From positions 81,284 to 145,283 of IMG/VR virus record IMGVR_UViG_3300032722_000006: a stretch of DNA of 64,000 nt; one strand, 5' to 3'. Below, piece by piece: positions 7,933-17,224 of the stretch. Source of the stretch: a virus. Within the stretch, counting starts at the first letter, position 1; the number at the start of each line of letters is the position of its first letter. Both the position numbers and the translations under genes were made by a program. Under the pieces are notes generated by a model that worked only from the letters and a program-made list of their open reading frames with translations, made no database searches and had not been told where the DNA came from.

Positions 7933-8005
7933 TCAGGGTCGTGGGACTCGAACCCACATTCTCTCGCGTCCGAGGCGAGCGGGGCTCCATATCCCCTTCA
8001 CCCTG
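7933..8005 (-). tRNA. tRNA-Pro(CGG), A37
   Basis: CTCGC-CTCGGAC-GCGAG. Confidence 0.85.
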
Positions 8006-8006
8006 A

Positions 8007-8084
8007 TGGTCGGAATGGCGGGAGTTGAACCCACGATCTCTCGTCCCCCAGACGAGCGCGATAACCAGGCTTCGCTACATTCCG
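8007..8084 (-). tRNA. tRNA-Pro(GGG), CCA encoded
   Basis: CTCGT-CTGGGGG-ACGAG. Confidence 0.9.
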
Positions 8085-8869
8085 ATGATTGCTTTCGGGA
8101 ATCTCTTCTTGGCGTATTCGAGCCACTCGTACCTCACCTGAACAAGTACGTTACGAATTTCGACTGCATCACAGCCTTTCTTGACCGCCGCCGTAGCGAG
8201 TTCATCAAGATGTTCATCGATGACCTTGATGAAGGGTCTCCGCGTACGCTTGGCGAGGTGATAAAATCCTGCGACGAACGCTTCTTTTTCTGCGTCAGAG
8301 AGCATGTACCTTGCGAAAGTCCTAGGACTGTTCCATACGCTGTCTGGGATTGACATCAAGTCCTGGCTAGCTTGAATTCCTCCGAGCAATTTTTCGTCCG
8401 ACTGGACAGAGTGTTCAAACTCGTGCCTGATGACCTCGTACGATTGTTGCTGGATCATCGAGAGGTGTTGAGGCTTCATGATTCCTGTCGTTGAATCGAC
8501 AAAAATCTTGATGGAGAGCAGGTCCTTGATGGGAGACCATCCTCCTGATATTCCGACCTTGTCGACCGGAGCAGGCTTGTTGAGCAAGTAGATCATTAGT
8601 TGCACCGTCATCGCAGGAGGTGCGTTCGGATCGGTTCCCAAGGCCCGTGATCTTTCACGACGACCTTCGGGTGTTCCGAACCAGTCCTGCCTCTTCATGA
8701 ATGCCGGCCACGACTGCAGGTACTTCATGTTGATGCCGCCTTGCTTGTTGACCTTGTCCATCACCTTCTTGCATGCACGGATCAATTTCTGCGTCACCAT
8801 CCTCGTGAACGAGTCGATCTTTGATTCTGCAAGAAGCTCAATGACGACCTGTTCGTACAACGTATGCAT
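8075..8869 (-). CDS. HExxH zincin-like protein, late-motif class
   Basis: IRHEFEH..Q...EKEAF; ATAGTTA-N5-ATG. Confidence 0.65.
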   Translation of the reverse strand: MHTLYEQVVIELLAESKIDSFTRMVTQKLIRACKKVMDKVNKQGGINMKYLQSWPAFMKRQDWFGTPEGRRERSRALGTDPNAPPAMTVQLMIYLLNKPAPVDKVGISGGWSPIKDLLSIKIFVDSTTGIMKPQHLSMIQQQSYEVIRHEFEHSVQSDEKLLGGIQASQDLMSIPDSVWNSPRTFARYMLSDAEKEAFVAGFYHLAKRTRRPFIKVIDEHLDELATAAVKKGCDAVEIRNVLVQVRYEWLEYAKKRFPKAIIGM

Positions 8870-8890
8870 GAATGTAACTATTCTCATCTG

Positions 8891-8963
8891 TCGGGGTGGT
8901 GGGACTCGAACCCACGGCAGCCTGCTTGTAAGGCAGGTGATCTAGCCGCTGATCTACACCCCG
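8891..8963 (-). tRNA. tRNA-Val(UAC)
   Basis: CCTGC-CTTACAA-GCAGG. Confidence 0.9.
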
Positions 8964-8969
8964 ATTGTG

Positions 8970-9040
8970 TCAACGCGCCGGGATTCGAACCCGGGTTTCC
9001 TGCTTGTGATGCAGGCGCTCTGCCGTTGAGCTACGCATTG
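8970..9040 (-). tRNA. tRNA-Val(CAC)
   Basis: CCTGC-ATCACAA-GCAGG. Confidence 0.9.
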
Positions 9041-9043
9041 AAA

Positions 9044-9066
9044 GGAACGCAAGTTGTCAATGAACG
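9044..9066 (-). promoter_or_regulatory. boxA-like 23-bp repeat, copy 1
   Basis: CGTTCATTGACAACTTGCGTTCC, identical at 29167-29189. Confidence 0.6.
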
Positions 9067-9092
9067 GGAACGTCATACTGGCGTTCCATCCG

Positions 9093-9166
9093 TCAGCGAG
9101 GGGAGATTCGAACTCCCGAAAACCTGTATCCAAAACAGGTGCCCTAGGCCTCTAGGCGACTCGCTG
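9093..9166 (-). tRNA. tRNA-Pro(UGG), A37
   Basis: CCTGT-TTTGGAT-ACAGG. Confidence 0.88.
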
Positions 9167-9363
9167 GTCTACTTCTGTCTTCCGTCGGGAGTCTCTTCCC
9201 GGCTAGCCACTTTCAACCCTTTAAGGGGCGTGGCAATCGAAACGGCAGTACGCCTGAGGTATGGGACGTAAGGCAACAGACGCTTCCGCGCCGTTCGCTC
9301 TCACTCGTCCTACCTGTTAGCATACTCGACATCATTTGAATGACTCGTTTCGTAATCTATCTA

Positions 9364-9441
9364 TGGTGATCCCAAGGGGATTCGAACCCCTATTTCTGCG
9401 ATGAGAACGCAGCTGCCTAAGCCGTTAGCAATGATGGGACC
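9364..9441 (-). tRNA. tRNA-Glu(CUC), CCA encoded
   Basis: CTGCG-TTCTCAT-CGCAG. Confidence 0.9.
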
Positions 9442-9500
9442 GTCGTGAGTATACATTACCCTCTTCAAGAAGAGGTGTACACGGAAAACGCTTCACACGT

Positions 9501-9773
9501 TCACTTTGTTATGGGCTGTTTCACTATCTTCAACAATGCACCCTGTGTCCATCCACTTCCGTCAGGCCCAAGAACGTACACGTCACGGCCATCAAGTCCC
9601 TTGACGGCGATGACCAACGCAACGTTTCCAACCTTGAGCTTTGCAATGTGACGCAGATCCTTGCCGAAATATGCGCCGCCGGGCATGTTCGTCAGTTCAA
9701 TCTCTCCATTGTCAGAAGTTGCTGACCATTCATGGGGCGTGACGAGTTGACCTGCCTTGAACAGTGATGTCAT
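9501..9773 (-). CDS. hypothetical protein
   Basis: ATGA-coupled to upstream ORF. Confidence 0.6.
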   Translation of the reverse strand: MTSLFKAGQLVTPHEWSATSDNGEIELTNMPGGAYFGKDLRHIAKLKVGNVALVIAVKGLDGRDVYVLGPDGSGWTQGALLKIVKQPITK

Positions 9774-10033
9774 TCTTCGTCGTTGCCGTCCTTCTCCTTC
9801 TTACTTAGGATCGTCTCCAGCGCTGCGAGACCTTCGTTGAGAATCTTCGAACACGTCCAGATCAGCGACGTAATGACGAAGATGATGACAGCCTTCTCAC
9901 CCTTGCCGGCGCAGTCGACCACCATTCCAGCAATGACGATGAGCATGAAGGCGACCTTGATGAAGACACCGAAAGTGCCTCCGAACAAAGGGTTTTCGGG
10001 ATCGTGAGGGTGAGGCTTAGGCATGATGTTCAT
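9770..10033 (-). CDS. membrane protein
   Basis: two hydrophobic segments. Confidence 0.6.
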   Translation of the reverse strand: MNIMPKPHPHDPENPLFGGTFGVFIKVAFMLIVIAGMVVDCAGKGEKAVIIFVITSLIWTCSKILNEGLAALETILSKKEKDGNDEE

Positions 10034-10039
10034 GATGAA

Positions 10040-11554
10040 TTACCTCCATGCGCCCGTCATGGGCCGTTCCTTGCTGAGAAAGATCTGAATCTCGTTCGAC
10101 GGGAAGTGAAGATTGCATCCTTGGCCGAGAACCCAACCCCGACGAACGCGGCTCGACTCAGGCGCAGGTGCCTGACCGTCAGTCATGATTAGCATTCCGT
10201 CCCACCGACCACGATTCTTCGTGCTGTTCACGACCTTCGTGGGAGCGTCAAAATTCGTTCCGCCGCTCTTGACGCGGGTGAGTAGCGGGTTCGTGCCCTT
10301 TTTCCATTCGAAGATGTCCTTGTCACTGCAACTGCAGTCGAACGGGAGGATCGAGATGTCGACCTTCTTCGTAAGCTGCGTCAATTCAGCAAAGAACATC
10401 TCAAGCATCTCATTGCCTACAGAACCTGACATGTCGATTGCAACGATAAGCTTTGCAACGTACCCTCTCTTGAGACCCGGGTGGATGTACGGGTAGCGCC
10501 TATTGATGCGCTTGATCGACGTTGTCCGTGTTCCGCGAACAAGCATGCCAACGAACTGCCTGAGAACTCCCCGCCAGTCGACGATGTTCGACACTGAGCG
10601 ACGAATCTGCTCACGGATGTCCATCGGAATCGATCCCCAACCTTCGGTCTGGCTGTCTGCGTGGCGCACAGCCTTCTCAACGAGCGACTTGCGCTTTCCC
10701 TCGATGTACTCACGTTCTTCTTCGGTGATGTTCTTCCACGCGCTGTGATCGTCCATCGATGGGATCGCAACGTAGATGTCACCTCCACTGCCGGCATCGC
10801 CTTCACCACCATCGTCCGATTGTTCCTCACCTCCCGGACCAGGATCGCCTTTTCCCGGATCGCCATCATTTCCGGGCGAGCCTTTTCCCTTGCCACCTTT
10901 TCCCGGTTTCTTTCCCTTCCTTTTCGACTTTGAGTTCGACTGCATCTTCAGGTACTCATTGAAGTAGTACTCTGACGACATCAAAGGAGGAAGTCCTACG
11001 ATGAAGTCCGCGAGCTCATTCGTCGCTTCCTGCTGCCACTTGGGCAACGTATCGAAGATCTCAGGATCGATCCACGGGCGTTGACCAGGGACGAGGGCAC
11101 ACCTCGGAAGCGGTCGTGCGACCTCGCCTGGTTTCAGGTCGCGAGGCATCTCAGCGCTCTTCACGATCAGAGAATCGATGCCGCAATCTGTGGCGATGTT
11201 CCAACCGTCGGAGGGTTCACGAACACGAGCGCTCAGGTGACCGAAGACGATGTGATCGAGCTCGTGCTCGATAACGCCCTGAATCTCCCAGTTGGTGAGT
11301 CGCTCCATCTTCCTGACACGCTTTTTCTTGTCGTGCGGGCTGACCCACTCACCGCCGGTCATGAACGTCGGATTCACGAACAGCACGAGCTCATCTGCAG
11401 ACTTGTCGTAGCAGACAGCGGCTGTCGGAATGTCAAACGTGAAATGCTTGTGAATGTGACGCGACAACTCCGAATAGAACGGATTGTTAGCGAGGAACGG
11501 GATCAGGTGACGTGACAGGTTGAAGTCGACTTTGTCATCGCATACCGTGAACAT
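10040..11554 (-). CDS. DUF2201-like metallopeptidase-VWA protein
   Basis: HELDH, WNIATD, DMSGS MIDAS, GGTNF, MTDG. Confidence 0.9.
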   Translation of the reverse strand: MFTVCDDKVDFNLSRHLIPFLANNPFYSELSRHIHKHFTFDIPTAAVCYDKSADELVLFVNPTFMTGGEWVSPHDKKKRVRKMERLTNWEIQGVIEHELDHIVFGHLSARVREPSDGWNIATDCGIDSLIVKSAEMPRDLKPGEVARPLPRCALVPGQRPWIDPEIFDTLPKWQQEATNELADFIVGLPPLMSSEYYFNEYLKMQSNSKSKRKGKKPGKGGKGKGSPGNDGDPGKGDPGPGGEEQSDDGGEGDAGSGGDIYVAIPSMDDHSAWKNITEEEREYIEGKRKSLVEKAVRHADSQTEGWGSIPMDIREQIRRSVSNIVDWRGVLRQFVGMLVRGTRTTSIKRINRRYPYIHPGLKRGYVAKLIVAIDMSGSVGNEMLEMFFAELTQLTKKVDISILPFDCSCSDKDIFEWKKGTNPLLTRVKSGGTNFDAPTKVVNSTKNRGRWDGMLIMTDGQAPAPESSRVRRGWVLGQGCNLHFPSNEIQIFLSKERPMTGAWR

Positions 11555-11592
11555 GATTGTATCCTACCACTTTCGTTGAACGAGGTTCACTG

Positions 11593-11814
11593 TCACGCCT
11601 TCGCTGTCCAGGCGCACCCACCGATAAAACCAACGATCCCAACGATGATCATCGACGGGAAGAAGTCAATATTCAGCAGGAACACAAGTGGGAAGCCGAC
11701 GACGAAGTACGATGCAAAACAGCTCATGAGTACGTACGTTGCGTACTTGAAACCCGACGGAAACATCGAGCTCAACGCTGCACACACGAGCAAAAGTTCA
11801 AGCACGCCTGTCAT
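11593..11814 (-). CDS. membrane protein
   Basis: hydrophobic; leaderless promoter. Confidence 0.6.
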   Translation of the reverse strand: MTGVLELLLVCAALSSMFPSGFKYATYVLMSCFASYFVVGFPLVFLLNIDFFPSMIIVGIVGFIGGCAWTAKA

Positions 11815-11951
11815 GGTCTGATATTACCATGGCTGTCTAGGCATTGCACTGACCACTTAGGTGGTCTTGGGCGGCCCACCGTTGCCCTCACGTGGGCCTT
11901 TTGGGTCCAAGACAGGGTATCCTACCACCTGCCCGGGCAATTGTCTGTGGG

Positions 11952-12395
11952 TCAATGAAGTGTAAGAATGATCGCAATGGGCACGAGGCACACAAGATGG
12001 AAGATTTGGTCCATCGTGATGACGAGAATGGCCCCTACGGGCGTCGACATCATTGCAATCATTGCGGACTTGTCGTCAATTCTCGTATCATCGAACGCAG
12101 GGTGATGTCGCACGTGCTTCGCCCACCACATGACAGGCCTGTAACTGTCAATGAAAAAGTGCGTGAAGAACAGGATGCAGATGACTGCAACACATGCAAA
12201 GACGTTGATGTTCAGAGCGCATGCCCACGCCGGAAAGAACAGCAACGTGTACTCAGCGCAGTGCCGAGCTCGAACACGAGCGTCCTGTGACTTGGCAATT
12301 GCCATCTTGTGCGACTGAAACGTCCAATCAACAAAGAAGTGCCAGAGCATGAGAAGCGAGAACAATCCGCCTACTTCAGAGAAGTACCTGGTCAT
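11952..12395 (-). CDS. DUF3307-like membrane protein
   Basis: HFFVDWTFQ, HFFID, DQIFH. Confidence 0.8.
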   Translation of the reverse strand: MTRYFSEVGGLFSLLMLWHFFVDWTFQSHKMAIAKSQDARVRARHCAEYTLLFFPAWACALNINVFACVAVICILFFTHFFIDSYRPVMWWAKHVRHHPAFDDTRIDDKSAMIAMMSTPVGAILVITMDQIFHLVCLVPIAIILTLH

Positions 12396-12664
12396 GTGTC
12401 CTTCTTCTTTGCAATGTTCGAACGTGGTTGACCAAGCTTGAGGTTGCCACTTTTCTGTCGTTGGAGGCGATTGACCTTGAACTTCTCGCCCTTGTAGACG
12501 ATCGTCTGGTTGCCCACGTCATCGTTCATGACAGTCCGTGTCACGCTCTCCTCAATCAGATCACCCGTCTTCAGCTCGACAACGTCAAACGTCACCTTCC
12601 AATGGTTCTCAGCGCGAGCGGTGCTCTCACCTGCCGGGCACATCTTGGGAGAGTAACCCATCAA
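12392..12664 (-). CDS. hypothetical protein
   Basis: coupled ORF. Confidence 0.55.
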   Translation of the reverse strand: MMGYSPKMCPAGESTARAENHWKVTFDVVELKTGDLIEESVTRTVMNDDVGNQTIVYKGEKFKVNRLQRQKSGNLKLGQPRSNIAKKKDT

Positions 12665-13533
12665 CCGCCTTTATTCTCGTAGAGGGAAGTCTGGACATGC
12701 TTACGGAACAGATCTGACGTCCTCTTCCCGATCGCCTTTCGCGCGTCCTTCGAGTCGACGATCTCACCTGCACCTTCACGGGTGACGTCCTCGACCATCG
12801 CGACGATGACATCCTTCATGCGATCGAGACCGATCCCGGGATCGAGCTTGTCGAGGACGTGCTGCAACCGCGTAGGTGTGACCCACTCGTTCGCGATATC
12901 ATCAGCAGCCTCGAGCACCGCTAGCTTCGCAGGGTCGCCGACCTCGCGAGGCTTCGCTGTCTCACGTTCTTCGGCGCGCTTGTGCTTGCAGATGACGCGA
13001 GACCCGTCGTTCGTCTTGAATTCCTTCACTGGACGCAGTACGACCCCTTCACGGGGTTGATCGCCTTCGATCCCCCTGCGCTTTGCGACGATGGACGGTG
13101 CATCACGCTCAGCGTCGATCGCCTCGAACGTGGACGGGATGCGCTTGTACGGGACGAACTCGAGACCCATGCGCTCGACAATCTGACATGCGTTGTCCTG
13201 GTCGAGCCAGCAGTCGCCCACCTTGACCTCGAACGCAATGAAACACAGCGTCTTTCCGTAGCGCCACGACTGTCCTTGCTGCTTTCCGCCGTACGCCTCA
13301 CCAAAGATCACGATCTCAGGATGACCGATCGCCTCGAAGCCAGCCTTGAGCGCATCAACGTCAAAGATCTTGACGAAGTTATCGTGTTTCTCACCGCCGG
13401 CGAAAAGGTGCACGGTGCCCTCCTTCCACGAGATGTGCGCGGACGTGCCGTGCACCTTCTCAGAAGCAAAGAGTTCCTTGAAAAGGAGGAAGTCTTGTTC
13501 CTTGTATGCGTTCGCAATGTGCATGTATCCCAT
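12661..13533 (-). CDS. RNA ligase, Rnl2-like
   Basis: EKVHGT (motif I), FGEAYG, FIAFEV, EGVVLRP, ICK. Confidence 0.85.
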   Translation of the reverse strand: MGYMHIANAYKEQDFLLFKELFASEKVHGTSAHISWKEGTVHLFAGGEKHDNFVKIFDVDALKAGFEAIGHPEIVIFGEAYGGKQQGQSWRYGKTLCFIAFEVKVGDCWLDQDNACQIVERMGLEFVPYKRIPSTFEAIDAERDAPSIVAKRRGIEGDQPREGVVLRPVKEFKTNDGSRVICKHKRAEERETAKPREVGDPAKLAVLEAADDIANEWVTPTRLQHVLDKLDPGIGLDRMKDVIVAMVEDVTREGAGEIVDSKDARKAIGKRTSDLFRKHVQTSLYENKGG

Positions 13534-13553
13534 AGTGTGTCTCCGTAATGATA

Positions 13554-13808
13554 TTAGATGCCTTCTACCGTGGCTCCGACAGCTGCAAACCTCTCGTATA
13601 GTTCACACGCCTCGCGGCGAGAGACGCAGCGTAGAATGCACACGCGTTCGCCCGCCCGGACTCGATTGTAGGCCTTGATGACGTCAGCCAGAGGCCGAGG
13701 TAGTCTGTTATCACCATGGTGAAATTCCCTGATGAGTTTTAGTATCGCAAGCTTGTCACCGTCGACGCATGTGAGGTACGTATCGAACGTAGGAACAGGA
13801 TCTGGCAA
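13554..13808 (-). CDS. ribosomal bL12 C-terminal-like protein
   Basis: DKLAILKLIRE...SRREA...FAAVGATVE. Confidence 0.55.
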   Translation of the reverse strand: MPDPVPTFDTYLTCVDGDKLAILKLIREFHHGDNRLPRPLADVIKAYNRVRAGERVCILRCVSRREACELYERFAAVGATVEGI

Positions 13809-14011
13809 GATCTCGTACGGACCGGCATCATACGTTCTGCATCATCGTACTCAACGATCTCGTATCGAAGATCCTCATGCGGTGACATCACGTACTTCAT
13901 CGTGAGTGCTTCACACATGACGTCAGCCTTCTCACGCTCCCTTATGCCTTCAGCGATCTTGTGATGACCTATGCGACCTACCCCTGTGCCACTTCTGGAC
14001 TCGACAATCAA
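13739..14011 (-). CDS. hypothetical protein
   Basis: ORF in operon. Confidence 0.4.
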   Translation of the reverse strand: MIVESRSGTGVGRIGHHKIAEGIREREKADVMCEALTMKYVMSPHEDLRYEIVEYDDAERMMPVRTRSCQILFLRSIRTSHASTVTSLRY

Positions 14012-14196
14012 AACAGTTTCATGTGTCCCTCACGGATCCCACGTCATCCCGCGGGCTTTCTTTTCGTGTCGTGTGAGAAGCCACCACACGAGAGCAACCA
14101 ACTGCCTGTGACTCATCTCGTCAATGTCGTGCAGCTTAAGCGACCTTGCGAGCCTCAGCAGGTTCTCGTGCTTAGCTCGCTTGAGGTCTGACTTTT

Positions 14197-14481
14197 TCAT
14201 CGTTGAGGGTTGTTGCCGTTCTTCCTACCTTGCAATGCAACACGCATGATAGCAGGAATCTCCTTGTTGGGATCCGGGATCTCATGCTTAGCATAGCACA
14301 CAGCGCAGGTAAGGTAGTACGTGTAGTAGCTCTTGCCCGATTCTGGTTCTCGCATGTCACAGTATCCTTCATGGAACTGTGTCATGACATCATCAGCGTC
14401 AGCTTCAAGCTCTGACTCGCACTTGGCACATGTGAACCGGTGTCTCCAGTTCGACCAGTCAACCTTCTTGATGATCTTCAT
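14197..14481 (-). CDS. zinc-ribbon protein
   Basis: CAKC...CAVC. Confidence 0.65.
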   Translation of the reverse strand: MKIIKKVDWSNWRHRFTCAKCESELEADADDVMTQFHEGYCDMREPESGKSYYTYYLTCAVCYAKHEIPDPNKEIPAIMRVALQGRKNGNNPQR

Positions 14482-14482
14482 C

Positions 14483-14686
14483 CTACACCTTCTTCTGTAC
14501 CTCGATGTACGCCGCGAGGGCCTTGAAGAGCTTCTCTGCGTCGGACGGGATCAGAGAGAATCTGACAGTGCGTCCAGGGTTGTAGCGAGGTTGCATCTCA
14601 AAAGAGAACTCTCCCTTTGAGGTTTCCGCGCCCGGGTCGATGATGTGCATTTGTACAACTTTTTGTCCTTCATTTTCAATCATCAT
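14483..14686 (-). CDS. hypothetical protein
   Basis: ORF in operon. Confidence 0.55.
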   Translation of the reverse strand: MMIENEGQKVVQMHIIDPGAETSKGEFSFEMQPRYNPGRTVRFSLIPSDAEKLFKALAAYIEVQKKV

Positions 14687-15071
14687 GAACTTCCTTTGCT
14701 AGCCAGTGTGATTTGTTTGCGTATTGTAGAACGCGCTTTAGATAATCAAAATTCTCAATGATTCCAAGATTCAAATTACAACGTGCATGCAACAAACCTC
14801 TGACCGTGTTTGTCTGATGATCGTGATCAATGTATGGTGGCATGTTTGGCGTAAACGGTTTCAAACATATCAAACACACACCTTTACATGCAATCAACAA
14901 CGCATCATACGCAGGTTTCCCAATACCATACATTTGACATAGACGAGTATCACTCGTTGGTGCACACGTATAGCAAAATGCGCGCTTGTTGCCAACAGCA
15001 TAATGATCAAATTCATTACCACATACACGACAAATTAAGCGTCTAGGAATTCGTCGAACACCTCTAGTCAT
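14676..15071 (-). CDS. endonuclease VII-domain protein
   Basis: CLIC...DHDH...VRGLLHARCN..LG; AT-rich. Confidence 0.85.
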   Translation of the reverse strand: MTRGVRRIPRRLICRVCGNEFDHYAVGNKRAFCYTCAPTSDTRLCQMYGIGKPAYDALLIACKGVCLICLKPFTPNMPPYIDHDHQTNTVRGLLHARCNLNLGIIENFDYLKRVLQYANKSHWLAKEVHDD

Positions 15072-15108
15072 GGTCACCACTGTACCACCTCGGGGCCACA
15101 AATTTCAC

Positions 15109-15324
15109 TCACCAGAGGTCCCATGTGCTCATCGTGGGGGCGTTGAAGCACTCGTCATCGAAACTCTCAGGATCGAGGACGAATCTCCGGGTAATGCGAT
15201 TGAGTGCGCGCCGGTGGCGCCTGTTTGCTATCCTCTTGTGATCGCGGATACACTGTGATGAGATGCAGGCATAACGCTTGACGTGGCTGCAGTCTGCCTG
15301 GACTGCGGGCTTTGATGTGATCAT
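15109..15324 (-). CDS. hypothetical protein
   Basis: basic ORF with SD AAGGAG. Confidence 0.55.
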   Translation of the reverse strand: MITSKPAVQADCSHVKRYACISSQCIRDHKRIANRRHRRALNRITRRFVLDPESFDDECFNAPTMSTWDLW

Positions 15325-15390
15325 GGACAGGGTCTCCTTTCGAGCACCCTAAAGCATGTCACCCTCCATCATCATGATCGTACCTATCAC

Positions 15391-15651
15391 TCACTCGTGC
15401 GGATAGCCTTCAAACTGAGGCTCTTCGCCATGAAGAAACCAGCGTTCGGCCTCGTAGTTCCAGTGCCTGATGTCGTGAAGGTTGAATTCGAACATGTAAC
15501 TTCGAAGCTGAACGCAAAACGACAACCCGGCGTGGTTGCCACGAGAATTGATGTGCAGGTAGCAATCGAATCCCTTGAACGTCGTGCCAGTCTGATAACC
15601 GACCTCGAGCGCCTTGTTGCGTCCCAACGGCCTTGAGAAGTACTTGTGCAT
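15391..15651 (-). CDS. hypothetical protein
   Basis: SD GGAG; D.RHWNY C-terminus. Confidence 0.6.
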   Translation of the reverse strand: MHKYFSRPLGRNKALEVGYQTGTTFKGFDCYLHINSRGNHAGLSFCVQLRSYMFEFNLHDIRHWNYEAERWFLHGEEPQFEGYPHE

Positions 15652-15689
15652 TGTGTTGTCTCCGTAGCTATCGAACCGCATGAATGATC

Positions 15690-16037
15690 TCAGATGAACT
15701 GGTGCCAGACGTAGCACACGAGCAGGAACCACGGGTAGACGAACGCAATGTCTAAGAACTTCCAGAAGATGCTGTTCGCAATTGCCTCGTTAAGAGCGTC
15801 TTTCTTCTTGTCGTCAGACGTCTTCGTGTCAAGATCAGGCTTCTTTGTAATGCCCGCAACGTACGAAAAGATCGAGATGAAGAGCATGAGTCCAACTGCA
15901 TGCCACATGTTCACCTGCAGATCCGTGAACCTGCCGAGGATGAACCACAACCAGAGCTTAGCGATGATGAATCCCGCAAAGATGTCACGGACGATGCCGA
16001 ATGCCAACGAAACAAGTCCGCCGAATAGTGTAACCAT
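15690..16037 (-). CDS. membrane protein
   Basis: 3 hydrophobic segments; leaderless promoter. Confidence 0.7.
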   Translation of the reverse strand: MVTLFGGLVSLAFGIVRDIFAGFIIAKLWLWFILGRFTDLQVNMWHAVGLMLFISIFSYVAGITKKPDLDTKTSDDKKKDALNEAIANSIFWKFLDIAFVYPWFLLVCYVWHQFI

Positions 16038-16054
16038 GCGTCAATCGTACATCA

Positions 16055-16906
16055 TCACGGGATGTCTTTACACCCGCGTGTACCCGTCTCATACCACGCG
16101 AATCCCTCATAGTGAGCGACAGTCATCGGTCGGGCTCGACCCCGAACCCCTTGGATGTGGCCGCCCTTGAGGCCTGAGTGGTACGGACGTCCGCTCTCGT
16201 TGACGACCCATTCGTCGATATTTCCAACCTGATCGTGCACGCCAAATGGACTGACACACGTGTCACGTGTCCCAGACGGCTCAAGAAGGTTGTCGAGCGC
16301 TTTCGCCTCAGGCCCATCAGATGTCGTCGCCTTGAATACGTCCAGGCCCCGGGGCAGGAAATTGTCAGTGTTGCAAGCGTTCCTGTTGCGATGGTAACCG
16401 TCGCCGTACGGGTACGGATGCATGTCAGGACCTTCGGCGGCGAACGTCCATTCGCTGTCAGTGCACAGACGCTTTCCGATCGCCTCGAGCTCACGCTTAG
16501 CGTCGTACCACGTCATCCACGACCTCGGACGGGTACCCAAAGTGTTAGGAAATTCAAAGCGATCAATGCAGAAATGTTTGTGCAACGTGTGCTCTGACAA
16601 ACACCGAGTTGGGAACTTGAATTCTCCGCATCGACCAACTTCGGGACCCATCTGATCCGGATCTTCTGTGGGTTCTCCTTTGATGTCGACCCAACGCAGG
16701 CACACCTCTTCAACCTGCGGGCAATACTCACTGTCTACCTCTACCATGTCATCCGGGCACACAGACCGACCCACGTATTCATTGACAGGCACGGATGGTG
16801 TATCTACGGTCGCTGCAACACGCAAATTTTCAATCGGTTGGGCACCAAATCCTGGTAGCGCGACACCCGCACAGACAAAAGCCCCGACGATTACAACTCT
16901 TTTCAT
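16055..16906 (-). CDS. FGE-sulfatase (SUMF1/EgtB/PvdO) domain protein, secreted
   Basis: FCIDRFEFP, GKRLCT.SEW..A, PYPYG, SPFGVHD.VGN..EW. Confidence 0.88.
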   Translation of the reverse strand: MKRVVIVGAFVCAGVALPGFGAQPIENLRVAATVDTPSVPVNEYVGRSVCPDDMVEVDSEYCPQVEEVCLRWVDIKGEPTEDPDQMGPEVGRCGEFKFPTRCLSEHTLHKHFCIDRFEFPNTLGTRPRSWMTWYDAKRELEAIGKRLCTDSEWTFAAEGPDMHPYPYGDGYHRNRNACNTDNFLPRGLDVFKATTSDGPEAKALDNLLEPSGTRDTCVSPFGVHDQVGNIDEWVVNESGRPYHSGLKGGHIQGVRGRARPMTVAHYEGFAWYETGTRGCKDIP

Positions 16907-16909
16907 CTG

Positions 16910-17224
16910 TTATTCTTCACCTTCGTAACACCGGTCGCACCAGTCACCGCTCCAACAGAGGTGTACGAATCCCAGATCAAAACTGTCGTGGGGCCCATCG
17001 TAGTAACAGTGGTGACGTCCAAGCGACCAATATTTTGTGAACGTAATCAAGTAGTAACTCGACTTCATAAAGTGCCACTCGAGCGTCTTCGCATCCTGGT
17101 ACTGCTGTGACCAGCCCAGACCAAAGAGTTCAGTGTGAAACACCCAACGCCAACCAAGGATGCTGGGTCGAGCGATACCGTCCGGACTGACGTTTCTGTC
17201 AGGCTTTGTGGCAAAGAAAATCAT
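16910..17224 (-). CDS. hypothetical protein
   Basis: coupled ORF. Confidence 0.6.
   Translation of the reverse strand: MIFFATKPDRNVSPDGIARPSILGWRWVFHTELFGLGWSQQYQDAKTLEWHFMKSSYYLITFTKYWSLGRHHCYYDGPHDSFDLGFVHLCWSGDWCDRCYEGEE

Noticed and set aside
43-9271. Many short ORFs overlapping tRNA genes (e.g. 59-592, 7784-8353, 8864-9271)
   Set aside because: Translations of tRNA sequence (GFEP/DSN motifs), not proteins.
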